Below are positions 27,422 through 41,579 of a stretch of 64,000 bases of DNA, piece after piece. The notes beneath the pieces were generated by a model. That model saw only the letters and a list, made by a program, of their open reading frames with translations, did no database searches and was not told the origin of the DNA. The DNA is taken from positions 71,300,001 through 71,364,000 of the forward strand of contig OX597814.1 of assembly GCA_951406725.2 (NCBI GenBank), read 5' to 3'. The position numbers and the translations under genes were made by a program. The stretch's first letter is position 1. Each line of letters begins with the position of its first letter. This stretch comes from Octopus vulgaris (Eukaryota).

Positions 27422-27685
27422 AAAGTGAAAGCATGTGACATTACAATAGAGAGATGTTTTTGTTTCACTTTTAACACATAATACTGAAATAGTGGAGAAG
27501 ATATGACATTACTGTAGGCTCGCCCTAGGCAAGAAGTTAAAGATTTTTATGCCCATGACACTACATGGACCCTAAGTAAGGCATGTGTAAAATTCGAATG
27601 AAATTGATTGAGTAGATCTCAAGTTTTAGGGATTCACAGACAGACACACACACATTCTCAGTTTTATATATATATATATATATAT
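27422..27685 (-). mobile_element. Helitron-like 5' fragment
   Basis: Reverse complement of ~48155-48408. Confidence 0.6.
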
Positions 27686-27922
27686 ATAAAGTAACAAACT
27701 AAGGAAAGGAATTCTTTCAAAGGGGTGTGTAAAACATCCAATTCACTGGTACATTAGTTGAATACCACATAAATATGGGTATAATGCAAATTACAAACAA
27801 TAAACTGAATAGAGAGATACAATTGACAATCCAGTAAGTTATTTATATTATAAGATAATATACTATGAATATAATATAAGTTAACATAAAAAAATCATTA
27901 AAAAACCAAAATAGCCAACAAT

Positions 27923-29194
27923 TTGGGTCATTCCCTAAATAATGCAGTTTTTCAATTGCATGAATTAAAAGTCAGAGTGGGGTGGGATAAATTACCTGCA
28001 CCAGCTTGCTATAAAAGCAGGTAGTAATTTTACTTTGTACTTATTCTTAGTGCAAGTTTTGAAGAGTGCAGTACGATTTTAACAGTTATTTTTTCCAAGC
28101 TATAATGGAAGTGACAAAGGAGCATATTTGGCATATTTTGCTTTAAGACTTCAAAAAAGGCAACAATGCAGCGGAAAGTGCAAGGAGTATAAATGCAATA
28201 TATGGCAATCAGACAATAAGCATAAGTCAGTGCCAACGGTGGTTCAAGAAATTCCAACCCGGAAACTACAGTCTAGAAGCCAAGCCTCATTCTGGAAGAT
28301 CTGTAGTACTCAATGACAATGTCCTGCAAACCCTGGTGGAACAAAATCCCATTGTAACAGGTGTAGGAACTAGCAGAGAAGCTTGGATTTGGTCATTCAA
28401 CCATTCATCGACACTTGTGTGCCATTGGAAAAGTCAGCAAATTGGGTCTATGGGTTCCTCACAAACTTTCTGAGTCTAATCACACACACACAGAAAGCGA
28501 ATGTGTGCTCTTCTTCGCTGCCATATCTCAGGAATGAATCTTTTTTGGACCAAATTGGGACTGATGATGAAAAATGGGTTCTCTATAAAAATGTCAAATG
28601 CCAAAGACCGTGGGTAAGGAAAGGAGAAACACCAGCACCCCAAGCTAAAGAAGGTCTTCACACACATAAGGTGTTGTTATCTATTTGATGGGATATGAAA
28701 GGTTTAGTCCACTTTGAATCTTTAAACCCAAACTAAATGATAACAAAGAAGATCAAGCAGCTTAAGTCAGTGCTAGAAAAACAACCATCTTTGGTTTCAA
28801 GACAAAAGGTGTTCTTCCATTAGGATAATGCTTGGCTACATACAGCAAGGATCACATTCCAAAGGCTGGAGCAGTTTGAATGGAAAATGATGCCCCACCC
28901 ACCCTATTCGCTGGACATTGCTCCATCTGATTATCATTTATTCTGCAGTCTTCAAAATCATTTGGACGGAAAAAATATGAATTCTATAGACAAGGTCAGA
29001 ACAGTACCAGAGGAGTATTTTTCATCATGGACAAGTGAATTTTGGAAGAAAGGTCTTGCAAGTCTGCCAGATAGATGGAAGATCATTGTAGAAAATGAAG
29101 GAAAGTATATTTTAGATTAAAAAAGAACTTTGTTTATCTTAATTTTGAAAAATAAAAGAAGTATAAAAACTGCATTATTTATGGAATGATGCAA
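27923..29194 (+). mobile_element. Full-length decayed mariner (DD34D)
   Basis: TIRs ttgggtcattccctaaataatgcagtttt / aaaactgcattatttatggaatgatgcaa; motifs TDDEKW, DNA, HPPYSLDIAPSDYHLF. Confidence 0.92.
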
Positions 29195-29195
29195 G

Positions 29196-29713
29196 GTGAT
29201 TGAAAAGTAACTCATTATTTTAAAATACTTATAAACTATTTGTTAATTACAAATTTTTCTCAAATTTTTTGAAGTATGAGAATTTATTCTGCAATCATAT
29301 TGCTCTTGTTGCTTATGAATGGCTGAATGCCCACTTCCCTGGGAGATGGATGGTTTGTATAGTTCACATGAGTGGGCAGCCAGGAGTCCTGAGTTAACAC
29401 CCTGTGACTTCTATTTTGGGGTTTGATAAAGGAACAAGTCTACTGGACCAAACCAAACCAAACCAAACTAAAGACTTTGGAAGAACTTGAAGAGTGAATA
29501 CAAGAAGTCGTCCATCCCACAAGAGTTCCTAATGAAATCAGTTGACATAATTCTTGGGCAACTCAAGAAGCTGGTGGTGACATCTGAAGCCCATATTGAA
29601 TTTTAAATAAAATCTCATACTAAAAGCTTTCCTCTCAAATCCATTTTTTTGTAAAAATTACAATTAATAAATAATTTATAAGTATTTTAAAATAGAGAGT
29701 TACTTTTCAATCA
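29196..29713 (+). mobile_element. Short internally deleted Tc1/mariner-superfamily element
   Basis: TIRs tgattgaaaagtaactc../..gagttacttttcaatca; remnants WLNAHFPGRW and RSPELTPCDFY. Confidence 0.65.
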
Positions 29714-31644
29714 TTATATATATATATATTTATTTATTTATGTGTGTGTCTTTGTGTCTGTGTTTGTTCTCCCACCATCACTCGACAACTGATGTTGGTG
29801 TGTTTACATCCCTATAACTTAGCAGCTCAGTAAAAGAGACCAATAAAATAAATACTAGGCTTACAAAGAATGAGTCCTGGGGTCGATTTCTTTGACCAAA
29901 ACACTTTAAGGTAGTGCTCCAGCATGGCCGCAGTCAAATAACTGACACAAGTAAAAGAATAAGAAATAAAAGAATATGATACATGTTGTTGTTGTCATTA
30001 TTGTCATCGTTGTTGTTGTTTAGCCCCAGGTCAGCTGTGTTTGAGATAATGATGGTAGTGCAAGTTTGACATTTTTCAGGAGGGTGAAGGATCTTCTGGG
30101 CTAATAATTTTGCAGGTAGGGAGGTGGTCAGGTTGAGGTCAGGAAATTGACACATTTCACTGACATACAACCACCATCACCACCACTTACAACAACAAGC
30201 TCCAAACCATCACCATTACAATTATTGTCACTATGACCACAACACTACCTCCATTACTATCACTACAATAACCACCACCACCACCATCACCACAACAAGC
30301 TCCATCACTACCACAACTCAATCATGGTAAAACCACTACCAATCAAAGGAAATCTCAACTCAGTCAATCAACCTACTATAAATCAAATTTTCCCCAGATC
30401 ACACCCCACCCTCTTGGGTATGTATTGGTATGTAGGCCCTTATATGGAGAAGAAAAAGACAGTTATGATAGGAACTCCTTTGATCATAAGTCTGGTTGAC
30501 CTTGGGTTAAATAAAAACTCATGTAATGCACACATAATATTTTGCAATATAACCAATATGATTATTTCAGCTTCAGTTAATTTTGGAACATAGTGCATAT
30601 TATTCTTATTTTTTGCTTAAACCTTCATCATAGTCATGTGTAACACAAAGGAATAGATTTATGCAATACAAATTATATTCCCTGTTAGGTAGGTGATGAT
30701 TCATCAGACAGATGTACAGCAGCAATACAATTCTACACCACGGAAACTAATTCTCGGACTCATGACAGTCTCAGTGATAATTTCACTCACATTGCAATCT
30801 AATTTCAACCTTTTTATTGTGAAATCGAAAAAGCGTTTACAACTGTCATTATCAAAGGCCATAAAATAGTTTTTTTCTGCTGAAGTAAGGACATGCATTA
30901 CATTAGAATTTGATGAAAATTGGACAGCTTGCTCTGTGGTGTTTTATCTGCAGACATCTTGATCTCCAGCCAATAATATAGCAATCATGATTGGTCAATT
31001 GATTTATCAGTGTCATTATGTTGCTGCTGCTGATTAGCAGAACAAATGACTTCTATGAAAATGTAGGAATCAAGAAATAGCAGATAATCTTTTTTTTTTG
31101 TTTTTACACATCTATGTGCAACTTCTATTGATGGAAGAATCAGTTTGGAGAGATTTATAATATTTTATGAATTATCAGGTATGAATTAAGTTCCTCCCAG
31201 TGTTGTCACATGGAAACCTGCAAATAAGCATATATTTAGTACATGCCCTATAACTGACATGGGTATAAATTGGAATAAACCAATAATTTGAATTATCCAT
31301 ATCCTTTAATGAGCTTTGAAATGTTGCAGATTCAGACTTCAAGTATGTGATCAGGAATTGATTTTTCCTTTTAGTGGACACCACTTCTTTCTTTTAAATA
31401 TGAATGACGAAATAATTTTATTACAAATGAGATATAATTAGAAAATAAACACAACCAGGGGAACAAGATAATAGGTAGAATAACACTCATAAACTATATG
31501 TGTATATATATATATATATATATGTGTGTGTATATATATTGATAAAAATGGTAAGACAACAAAAGAATGAAAGAGACCTTGATATTATGTAAATAGAGGA
31601 ATTTATTTGTAAATGTAATATGTGACAATTATTCGATAGCCATT

Positions 31645-31703
31645 ATAAAACTCCGAGTTTTGGATGCCGAGATGGAAATCCACGCCACCATCTCTTCAGT
31701 TAT
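31645..31703 (-). ncRNA. Degenerate hammerhead motif in a short insert between (TA)n tracts
   Basis: Minus strand ataa-CTGAAGA-gatg..catcc-AAAA-ctcggag-TT-ttat. Confidence 0.5.
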
Positions 31704-32150
31704 CCAGCCATCGGAAAAAATGAGCATGTATATATATATATATATATATGGTTTGTGTGAGTGTCATATAAATATAGGCACAGGAGTGGCTGTGTGGAAA
31801 GTAGCTTGCTTACCAACTACATGTTTTCGGATTTAGTCCCACTGTGTAGCACCTTGGCCAAGTGTCTTCTAATATAGCCTCGGGCCAACCAAAGCCTTGT
31901 GAGTGGATTTGGTAAATGACAACTGGAAGACACCCATTGTGTGTGTGTGTGTCTTTGTCCCCCCACCATCGCTTAACAACTGATGTTGGTGTGCTTACAT
32001 CCACATAACTTAGCAGTTTGGCAAAAGGAACACATATACTTGTGTGTATACATATGTATTTTTTATGTGTGTGTATGTATATATATATATATATACACAC
32101 ACACAACCATACACTCACACATATATATGTTCACACATGAATATATATAC

Positions 32151-32204
<54 letters not shown>

Positions 32205-32680
32205 TAAATAATGATGAAAGGAAGAAAAGGGAGAATTATGGATGTATTAATAATATATTTGTATGATACAAATAAATTATACATTATAAAGCTCTAAAAG
32301 AAATGGCAGATGCCAAAAACCTACATATATGTTTTGATTCATGCCCCTAGATGATCTGTAATTCTATGCATTTGGGTAGGGTCATATACTAAGAATTGGG
32401 CACCATTTTTGACTATATAGGGAAGAATCTCAGGGCTTTATGAGCTTATACTACAAAGGTTAACATATTTCTTGAAAGGATGCTGATGAATTACTCTGCC
32501 TAAATGCTTATGAATTGAAACATATGTGTAGGTTTTTAGCATCTGCCATTTCTTTTAAACTTTATAATATATAATTCATTTGTATTGTTTTTTAAAAAAA
32601 AACTGTCAACCTCATTATATCATGCAAATAAATTATCTATACAATCATAATTCTCCATTTTCTTTCTTTTATTATCAACA
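32205..32680. mobile_element. Diverged fold-back element with hammerhead-like core
   Basis: ~32205-32345 is inverted relative to 32508-32680; CTGATGA at 32483 and GAAAcatatgtgTA at 32517. Confidence 0.5.
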
Positions 32681-32846
32681 ATATGTATTACAATTATAAT
32701 CCCTAACATATTGTCAAGACTTTATCCTTATATGATACTGATTAACCAGTGAAATTTTGGGACTATTTAATCCCTAATGAGGACTTGACATCTTCGAATT
32801 GACTATACACACACACACACACATTCATATATATGCATACATATAC

Positions 32847-32883
<37 letters not shown>

Positions 32884-33156
32884 TACATGTAGATATATAT
32901 ATATAAATGTATACACATATATATGTGTGTATGTATATATTATATATATATATTATATATATATATAATATATATATATATAATATATACATACACACAT
33001 ATATATGTGTATACATTTATATATATATATATATCTACATGTATGCATATATATATATAATATATCTGTATATGTTTATATATGCATACATGTAGATATA
33101 TATATATAAATGTATACACATATATATGTGTGTATGTATATATTATATATATATAT

Positions 33157-33188
<32 letters not shown>

Positions 33189-33729
33189 CATATATATATA
33201 TGCACACATACATACATATATATAATATGCATACATACACACACACACACACATACGTATACTTGTACAATTATGCACACACCAGAAAATGAAGTATTAA
33301 CAGCAAGTTTAGATTTTAATTATCAAAAATAATGAGTCATCTTTCTTAAGTTAATAGAAAAACAAACATGGAGAATTTTAGTATTTTAGAAAATACAATA
33401 GAAAGAAGAAATAAATTGTAAATTCATTGTGTTATTTTAATAATTCCATATTTTCAAAGCATTAATTATATATAATTATGTTTAATCTGAAGTTTCAAAT
33501 GATATTCTGTATTAAAAAAAATAAAAGCTTTGCTATGAAGTTATCAACTATTATCACCCAAAATTAGATCAGTTTTGAATAGAAAAGAAGATACAGGAAT
33601 GTACTTACTTCCTTTGAGATATTTATAAAATCCTCCTTTTTGTGAAGACAACTTGTACTTCATATATAGGTATGTGTGTGTATATAAATGTAAATAAGTA
33701 AAAGGATGTACATCATATTTTTAACTGAG

Positions 33730-35030
33730 GGTAATCTTTTGACAAAGACGAAATCACGAAGTACTGGACAGAGCATTTTTCAAATGTGGTAGCAACCTCC
33801 TGCTGAACAAATTACATGAACTCTTCTCCTTAATCTGGGAATCAAGATCAGTCCTACAGTAGCTTTATTGCTTTTATTGTCCATCTTTATAAGCACAAAG
33901 GCAACAAATGAGAATGTAACCATAGCAGTATCTCCCTTTTGTGTGTTGTCAGGAAGATCTTTGGAAAGGTTATCTTAAACAAACTAAATGATACCTTTAC
34001 CAGCTTTGTGTTACCTGAATTCCAGTGTGGATTTTGGGCTGGTGGAGGCACAGTGGATATGATTTTTGGCCTGAGGCATCTACATGAAAAGGCTCATGAA
34101 CATAACCAAGACCATATTATCACTTTTGTAGATCTAACTAAAGCTTTCAGTACCATATCTAGCGATGCTCTTTGGGTTGTCATTAGAAAGCTAGGTGTTC
34201 CTGAAAAGATACTCAATGTCATAATTTCTTTCCATCAAGGGATGATGGCTTCTGTCAGATCTAGCAAGGAAGTGTCCGATTCATTCACAGTCTCAGATGG
34301 GACAAGGTTGTGTTCTTGCACCACTCTTATTTGCTTTAAATTTCTCTGTCATGTTGGAAACAGTGTTTGATGGTGTTAAAGAAGGAGTAAAGTTTGAGTA
34401 CAGAACTGGTGGTGGCATGTTCAACCAACTGTGTTTCAAAGTAAAAACTAAGACTCTGGTGCAAACTGTTCAAGATCTGTTCTTCGCAGGTGATTATGCA
34501 CTTGTAACACACACTCTTGAGGACATGCAATGGATTCTTAACAATTTCTCATGTACACCAAAGGCTTTTGGTCTGACCATCAGCATTAAGAAAACTGAGC
34601 TTGTCCATCAGCCCATTCATGACCATGCTCCTGTTGTTGCCCCTACTATACATGTTGATGGGAAAGCATTAGAAACTGTTTCTCTCCTTCACTTATCTTT
34701 GTTCCATTGTGTCCAATGATGCTAAGATGGATAAAGAAATTGAGTTCAGAATCAGGAACGCTAGTTCCACTTTTGGTAAGCTTTATCACAGGCTTTGGAA
34801 CAGCCACAATGTATTGTTGAAGGTGAAAGTTGATAATTTTGACATCATTGCTTTAAGATGCTGAATCTTGGACTCTGTACTAAAAGCATATCAACCAGCT
34901 TGACACTTTTCATATGCAATGTTTGCATACTATCTCCAGTATAAAACCAAGTGAATATATTTGTAACAGTGAGGTACTAACAAAATGCAACATATCAGGT
35001 ATTGAAGCCATCCCCATCAAAACACATCGC
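33730..35030 (+). mobile_element. RTE-clade RT fragment
   Basis: LPEFQCGF, TVDMIF, FVDLTKAF, QGCVLAPLLF, FAGDYAL, FGLTISIKKT. Confidence 0.85.
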
Positions 35031-35771
35031 CGACAGTCCTGTGCCAGCCCCACAGCATCCTCCTAGGTGATATTGAGCCTCTGGAGATCTTCCTTAATTA
35101 CATCCAGCCATCTGGTGTGGGCCTGCCATGAAGCCCCCTTCCAGCTCATAACTGCTGCATTGAATGAGAATAAAACCCTGGTATATGAGAATAAAGCCCT
35201 GTCTAGTGGGAGGTGGAGGACATATCTGTTGCAGCACATGCAACAGATAGTAGTTCTTTGTTGGAAATGTGATGGTACCATCTGATGTTCTCGATGGTTC
35301 ACAGGGCTCAGCCACTGAAGTTGTCAATCCTCTATAAGAATGACAAAATGGAATAAGCAGAACAAGGAGACATATGGGATAGAGACACACCAAAGAGGAT
35401 GCAGAATGTGTGATAAAACAACTGTGACAAGAAACTAAAATTATAACAATAAAGTTGAAGTGAAGACAAAATATATAGTGCATGCGTTTAATTGGCAAAA
35501 TATGACCATCTCCAAGTATAACAAAATATATTTATAAATACACACACACACACACACATACACACATACAAATACACAAGTATGCACAGGTGCTCTTGGA
35601 AACATATAATACTTCTAGATTCATTCACTGCAAAAAGTAAACAGACAGATGCATGCTCTTAGATTTAAAATCTGTCAAATACTCTTTGAGTTAGTGTAGA
35701 ACTTAGACATTAAGTAATAATCTGTTTCTTTGAGAGCCAGAATTTAAGAAATAAAGATTTCATTCAATATA

Positions 35772-36770
35772 GGAGACAACGCAACAGAAAGTGTAAGGAA
35801 TATTAATGCAATATATGAGGATCAAACAATAAGCATAAGCCAGTGTAAATGGTAGTTCAAGAAATTCCGAGCCAGAAACTACAGCCTAGAAGATGACCCT
35901 CATCTGGAAGATCTGAAGAGCTCGATGACAATGTCCTGCAAACCCTGGTGGAACAAAATCCCATCGTAACTGTTGAGGAAGTAGCAGATTAGCTTGGATT
36001 TGGTCATTTAAAAAAAGTCAGCAAGTTGGGTCAATAGGTTCTTCACAACCTTTCCAAGTCTAATCGTGTGCAGAGAGTGAATGTGTGCTTTTTTTTTTTT
36101 TTTGCTGTCATGTCTCAGAAATGAATCTTTTTTGGACTGAATAGTGACTGGTGATGAAAAATAGGTTCTCTATAAAATTGGCAAGTGCCGAAGACAGTGG
36201 GTAAGGAAAGGAGAAACACACGAACCTCAGGCTAAACGTATTCACCCGTGTAAAGTGTTGTTATCTGTTTTAAGTTTTTAAACCCAAACCAAATGATAAT
36301 AAAGGAGATCTACTGCAAGCAGGTTGAGCTGCTTAAGTCAGTGCTAGAAGGAAAATGACCATTTTTGGTTTCAAGATGAAAGGTGTTCTTCCATCAGGAT
36401 AATGCTTGGCTACATACAGCAAGGATGACAGTCCAAAGGCTGGAGCAGTTTGAATGGGAAACGATGCTCCACCCACCATATTTGCCGGACATTGTCCCAT
36501 CTGATTATAATTTTTTCTGCAGTCTTCAAAATGATTTGGATGGAAAAAATATGAATTCTGTAGACAAGGTCAGAACAGTAATGGAGGGGTAATTTTCATC
36601 ACGGACAAGTGAATTTTGGAAGAAGGGCCTTGCAAGTCTACGAGATAGATGGAAGATCATTGTAGGAAATGAAGGAGAGTATATTTTAGATTAAAAAAGA
36701 ACTTTGTTTATCTTAATTTTGAAAAATAATAGAAGTATAAAAAAACTGCATTATTTATGGGATGACCCAA
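35772..36770 (+). mobile_element. 5'-truncated mariner, same family as 27923-29194
   Basis: HQDNA and HPPYLPDIVPSDY; right TIR ending gatgacccaa then TA. Confidence 0.9.
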
Positions 36771-37099
36771 TATATATATAATGTACTGTTCCGTGATAGA
36801 AAATTCAACAAAAAGACTACTCCATCTGGTGAGAGATAAATATTATTCATTTAAAGGGCACAATACATATATTAAAATGCTACTAATAGTTCCTCAACAT
36901 ATGAAACTATTAGTAGCACTTTAATACATGTATTGTGCCCTTAAAATAAATTTATATATATATATATTATATTAAATTAGAGATAAAACCACTATTAGGC
37001 AAATCATACAATGAAAAACTTAAGCCAATACATAAGATTAATTAATTTATATTATTTTAAATATATATCAAAATTATTAAAAAAAGATAATTAGTATAA

Positions 37100-37162
37100 C
37101 ACTACGATCGTTTCATGGCTGTCCAATTCTTAAAATTTCAAGTTACAGTCATTCTTCAGGTG
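37100..37162 (-). ncRNA. Hammerhead ribozyme
   Basis: Minus strand cac-CTGAAGA-atgactgt..acagccat-GAAA-cgatcg-TA-gtg. Confidence 0.8.
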
Positions 37163-39066
37163 ATTTAAATATCTAAAATATAATCAGAAATATTTAAACA
37201 ATATTTTAAAGATATAAATAATATATATAATATAATAATTTTACTTATAATAAACTCTATTATCAAACTAGAGACATAGAACTTAACAATTATGATTATA
37301 TCCAAATCGACTATAATGTTAAATATTAATTTTAATTTATAAGGTAGGAAACCCGCCCATAATCTAATATCAATATTAGTCTATATCTAATTACATAAAT
37401 ATTTAAAATGACTAATATATATAAATTATCAATGAAAATATATAAATGTATATAAATATTATAATTAAAATCTAAAATAATCTCTATAAATAATTGTATA
37501 TGCACATATAATAAAAACCTAATAAATTTAATTTTTCATATTTAAAGATGAAATAGCTAATTTCAAAATACAAATAAACTAACTTAAACGAACTTTCAGA
37601 AATCTTATGTAAAATACTTTTAGAAATAATCAATTCGTAGTAATATAGTATCGAATAAATACTATAAGTACTATAAATATAATTATGAATGGGAATAATT
37701 ATCAAATATAAATTTAAAGAAATAACTATGTTATGCTATTAAATTAGACATGGTCTGGACCAATCTTTAGTTGAAACATATCTAAGTTTATCAAAGTTTA
37801 TCTAATTTAATTATAAATTTAAAACTACAATTAATACTATTAAAATATGTATATACAAAGCCTTCGCTATCAAATAATAAATCTATCGCTAAGAAGTATT
37901 TTACGAATAAACTTAAATTTAATATCTAATAATATAGAAAGTTACGATAATTAGATCATTACATAAACAACGATATTTACATAAGGAGAATATTATTACT
38001 CCAAAGGCTTATACAATATTAAAATTTACAATTTGAAGATCTTAAATAAATACATACTTAACTTAGCGAGGTTTAATCAATGAACTAAAATTTTGAATCA
38101 GAAAACGTCTTTTACAGCGTTTATAAGAATACTCGTGGAATTACGTTATTAGCAAAAAAAAGAATAAATTGTTGAAGAATTCATTACGCATGAGGAACCT
38201 ACGTTTTATTAAAGATTGTGAATGGGAAAATTATTTGTTTATCATTGTAAAAAGTATGAAGTCACAAATAAAGAATAAAATCTCTCAATACTATAATATT
38301 TATTAATAAAAATGATAAATGAAACTTAATACAAAATAAATTAAATGATTTAAATGATTAAAAAGCACTAATTATTAAATATATTCTAAAAATCTTATAA
38401 GATTAATAAATATATAAAAAAATTAATTTATATAGTAACCCCTCTACATACTATAAATTCTTTCCCATGCCCTTATAATTATAAGCTAAAATTAGTGATC
38501 ATAAGAAAATCTATAAATACTTATCAAAATTTGTAGTATAACTATACATATGTATACATAAATATATAAGAAAATATACATACATATACATTTATATATA
38601 CATATATATATACATATATATATATATATACACATACATATACATACACATATACACATACATACACACATATATACACACACATACACATATGCACACT
38701 CATACATACAATACTCAATATATACACTTACACCTATATATACACACCCACACACATAAATAAATGTATATACATATACATATATATACACACACATCAA
38801 AGGTCCTCTATTTTGTATTGTAGTATGATTATAGACATTTATATATCTATTTATTTTATAATATATGTGCATGTGTGTGTATGTATATATGTGTATATGA
38901 TGATGTGTGTGTATATATATGTATATGTATATACATTTATTTATGTGTATGTGTGTGGGTGTGTATATATAGGTGTAAGTGTATATATTGAGTATTGTAT
39001 GTATGTACATGTATGTATGAGTGTGCATATGTGTATGTGTGTATTAAAAAAAGATAATTAGTATAA

Positions 39067-39129
39067 CACTACGATCGTTTCATGGCTGTCCAATTCTTAA
39101 AATTTCGAGTTACAGTCATTCTTCAGGTG
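39067..39129 (-). ncRNA. Hammerhead ribozyme (direct copy of 37100-37162)
   Basis: Same motif with one substitution in the stem II loop. Confidence 0.8.
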
Positions 39130-39352
39130 ATTTAAATATCTAAAATATAATCAAAAATATTTAAACAATATTTTTCAGATATAAATAATATATATAATAC
39201 AATAATTTTACTTATAATAAACTCTATTATCAAACTAATGTCTCTAGTTTGATAATAGAGTTTATTATAAGTAAAATTATTATATTATATATATTATTTA
39301 TATCTTAAAAATATTGTTTAAATATTTCTGATTATATTTTAGATATTTAAAT

Positions 39353-39415
39353 CACCTGAAGAATGACTGTAACTCGAAATTTTAAGAATTGGACAGCCAT
39401 GAAACGATCGTAGTG
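39353..39415 (+). ncRNA. Hammerhead ribozyme (inverted copy)
   Basis: cac-CTGAAGA-atgactgt..acagccat-GAAA-cgatcg-TA-gtg. Confidence 0.8.
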
Positions 39416-39632
39416 TTATACTAATTATCTTTTTTTAATAATTTTGATATATATTTAAAATAATATAAATTAATTAATCTTATGTATTGGCTTAAGTTTT
39501 TCATTGTATGATTTGCCTAATAGTGGTTTTATCTCTAATTTAATATAATATATTTTACTATAAAATTGGATTCAATCCTAAATCTGATTTTTCTCTGTAA
39601 GTTTGGATTTATTCCCTAATATTTTATTATTA

Positions 39633-39730
<98 letters not shown>

Positions 39731-40005
39731 ATCACATCAAAACTAACTATGACTTAATTTTTCCTCTCACACCGTTTACGATGAAGGGATATTATTATTA
39801 ATTAATATCCTAGAAACAGCTGTAAGACCTTCTATCTATAAATGCTCTAATATCTATACAGCCTTGTTGTTTTTTTATCTCATTACGCAAAAAATTTATA
39901 TATATGTAGTCTTACAGCTGTTTCTAGAATATTAATTAATAATAATATCCCTTCATCGTAAACGGTGTGAGAGGAAAAATTAAGTCATAGTTAGTTTCGA
40001 TGTGA
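39731..40005. mobile_element. Inverted repeat pair with hammerhead-like motifs (variant core ACGATGA)
   Basis: Plus 39774-39828 gttt-ACGATGA-agggatatt..aatatccta-GAAA-cagctg-TA-agac; inverted copy at 39909-39963. Confidence 0.55.
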
Positions 40006-40619
40006 CTTATGTAGTTAGTTTTGATGTGATACAAATAGAGAGTGAGGTTGGGGAAAGAAAATAGATGTAAGATATGTATGGTTATTGAGTTCATAAATCC
40101 GTTTTATAGGCATAATGGTATATATGTGTAATATTCCAAAATCCTTTGAGTAAAATCCAAAAGTCCAATAGAGTTTAATATGAGTCCATCCAGATATAAA
40201 GTTTATAAGCAATGTAAGATTCTCTTAAAGTTGGTCATTCCCAGTAGGGAATTTATGTAGAGTGTAGTAGATTCGACCTAGAAATAGGGAGTGTATTAGT
40301 TTGGTGAAATTGAAAACAGGAAGAGAGGAATGACAAAGAAGAAAAAAAGAGAGATAAAAGGAGGAGAGAAAGAAAGAATTAAAGAGAAAGAAGAAAGAAG
40401 ATTAGTAAAAATAAAGAATAAAACTCCTGAAGGTATGAATAAAGAGAATAAGGAAAAGAAAAAAGAAAAATTAAGATATAGGTTGGTCAGTGGTCAGTGG
40501 AGGTAGTTTGAAAGTAGGAGTGGGGATAGAGAGAGAAAGGTATTAATGTATAAATGATAGAGGAATGGGGGGTTAAGAGGTAGAGGAGGTACTAAGTGTA
40601 GTACTAAGTGGGTCACATT

Positions 40620-41200
40620 TTGGCTAAGTTTTCTGATTCATTCACCTGCAAATCTAGTAAGATGGAAGGCTCAGAGAATGATATGTGCAAATGCAGAAAG
40701 GTCAGAACACTGAAACATATTCTTTCCAGCTGTTCACTAGCATTGAATAGGTATACATAGAGACACAACCTGGTCCTAAAGGTTATCTTCAATGCTATAA
40801 AGAACCAAATTGATTTCAACAACAGTGCTGAAAAAAAGAGATTTCATATACATTTCAAGAAGAAGAAGAAGAAACTTCCTGTGAGCAATGGAAAGTGAGA
40901 TGGCTACTGGGGGGTGGCTGCAAATTTACCAGGTACCAGGGACTCTTTCCCATCCCAGTTACAAAAAAACAGGACATCTTAATGTTGTGTGTTGTGTGAA
41001 AGAAAGAAAGTTTGAATCCAGTTGAGTTAATGGTTCCTCATGAAGAACCACTCAGGCTTGAAAGATTGACCATTATGTAAACCTCCTTGAGGAATGTGAA
41101 AATGCAGGCTGAAAATCGGCCTAACTCATGTAGAGTGTAGTAGATTCCATCGTGACCAATATCCAAACTACAATGGAAAAGGCTAGCTACTGGATTTGGT
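40620..41200 (+). pseudogene. C-terminal fragment of an RLE-type (R2 superfamily, HERO-like) LINE
   Basis: CKCRKVRTLKHILSSCSLALNRYT*RHNLVLKVI (CCHC knuckle plus RHN), later ELMVPHEE. Confidence 0.6.
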
Positions 41201-41579
41201 AAAAAAGAGATGATGAGCAATGGCTAGAAGAATATTGAGCTTTATTGATAACCAGTTTGATCTTGCAAGTGGGGTCAGTGAGGTGGGGCTGATGTACAAT
41301 AGTGCCATTGAGAGGTCGGTCCTGAAACAGCACGCATTCTCTCCTTATGACCCCATACACTTGCTGGCTTCTGGTACATGGAACTTTCACCTGGTAACAC
41401 TTGCATGTGCAAGTTGTTTGCAAAACATCTAAGAGGTAGAGAAAACTTATTGGAATAGACTGGGTGCAGGGCTGGGTTTGGTGAGTGGATAGACCCAAAC
41501 CTTATGCTTGTAAGACCTCACTTTCAGCATGTTGGTTTGGTCTTATCAAGCACAAGGAAATGCCAATAATTTCAGTCAT

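Larger units (their letters stand above)
36965..39545 (-). mobile_element. AT-rich non-coding Penelope-type/retrozyme-like element with direct and inverted terminal repeats
   Basis: Repeat at 36965-37272, partial direct copy at 39043-39237, inverted copy at 39239-39545; each holds a hammerhead; flanked by (TA)n. Confidence 0.75.

Noticed and set aside
32826-33170. Long palindromic TA/CA mosaic (also 38570-39040)
   Set aside because: Low complexity and self-complementary by composition; slippage or assembly artefact cannot be excluded
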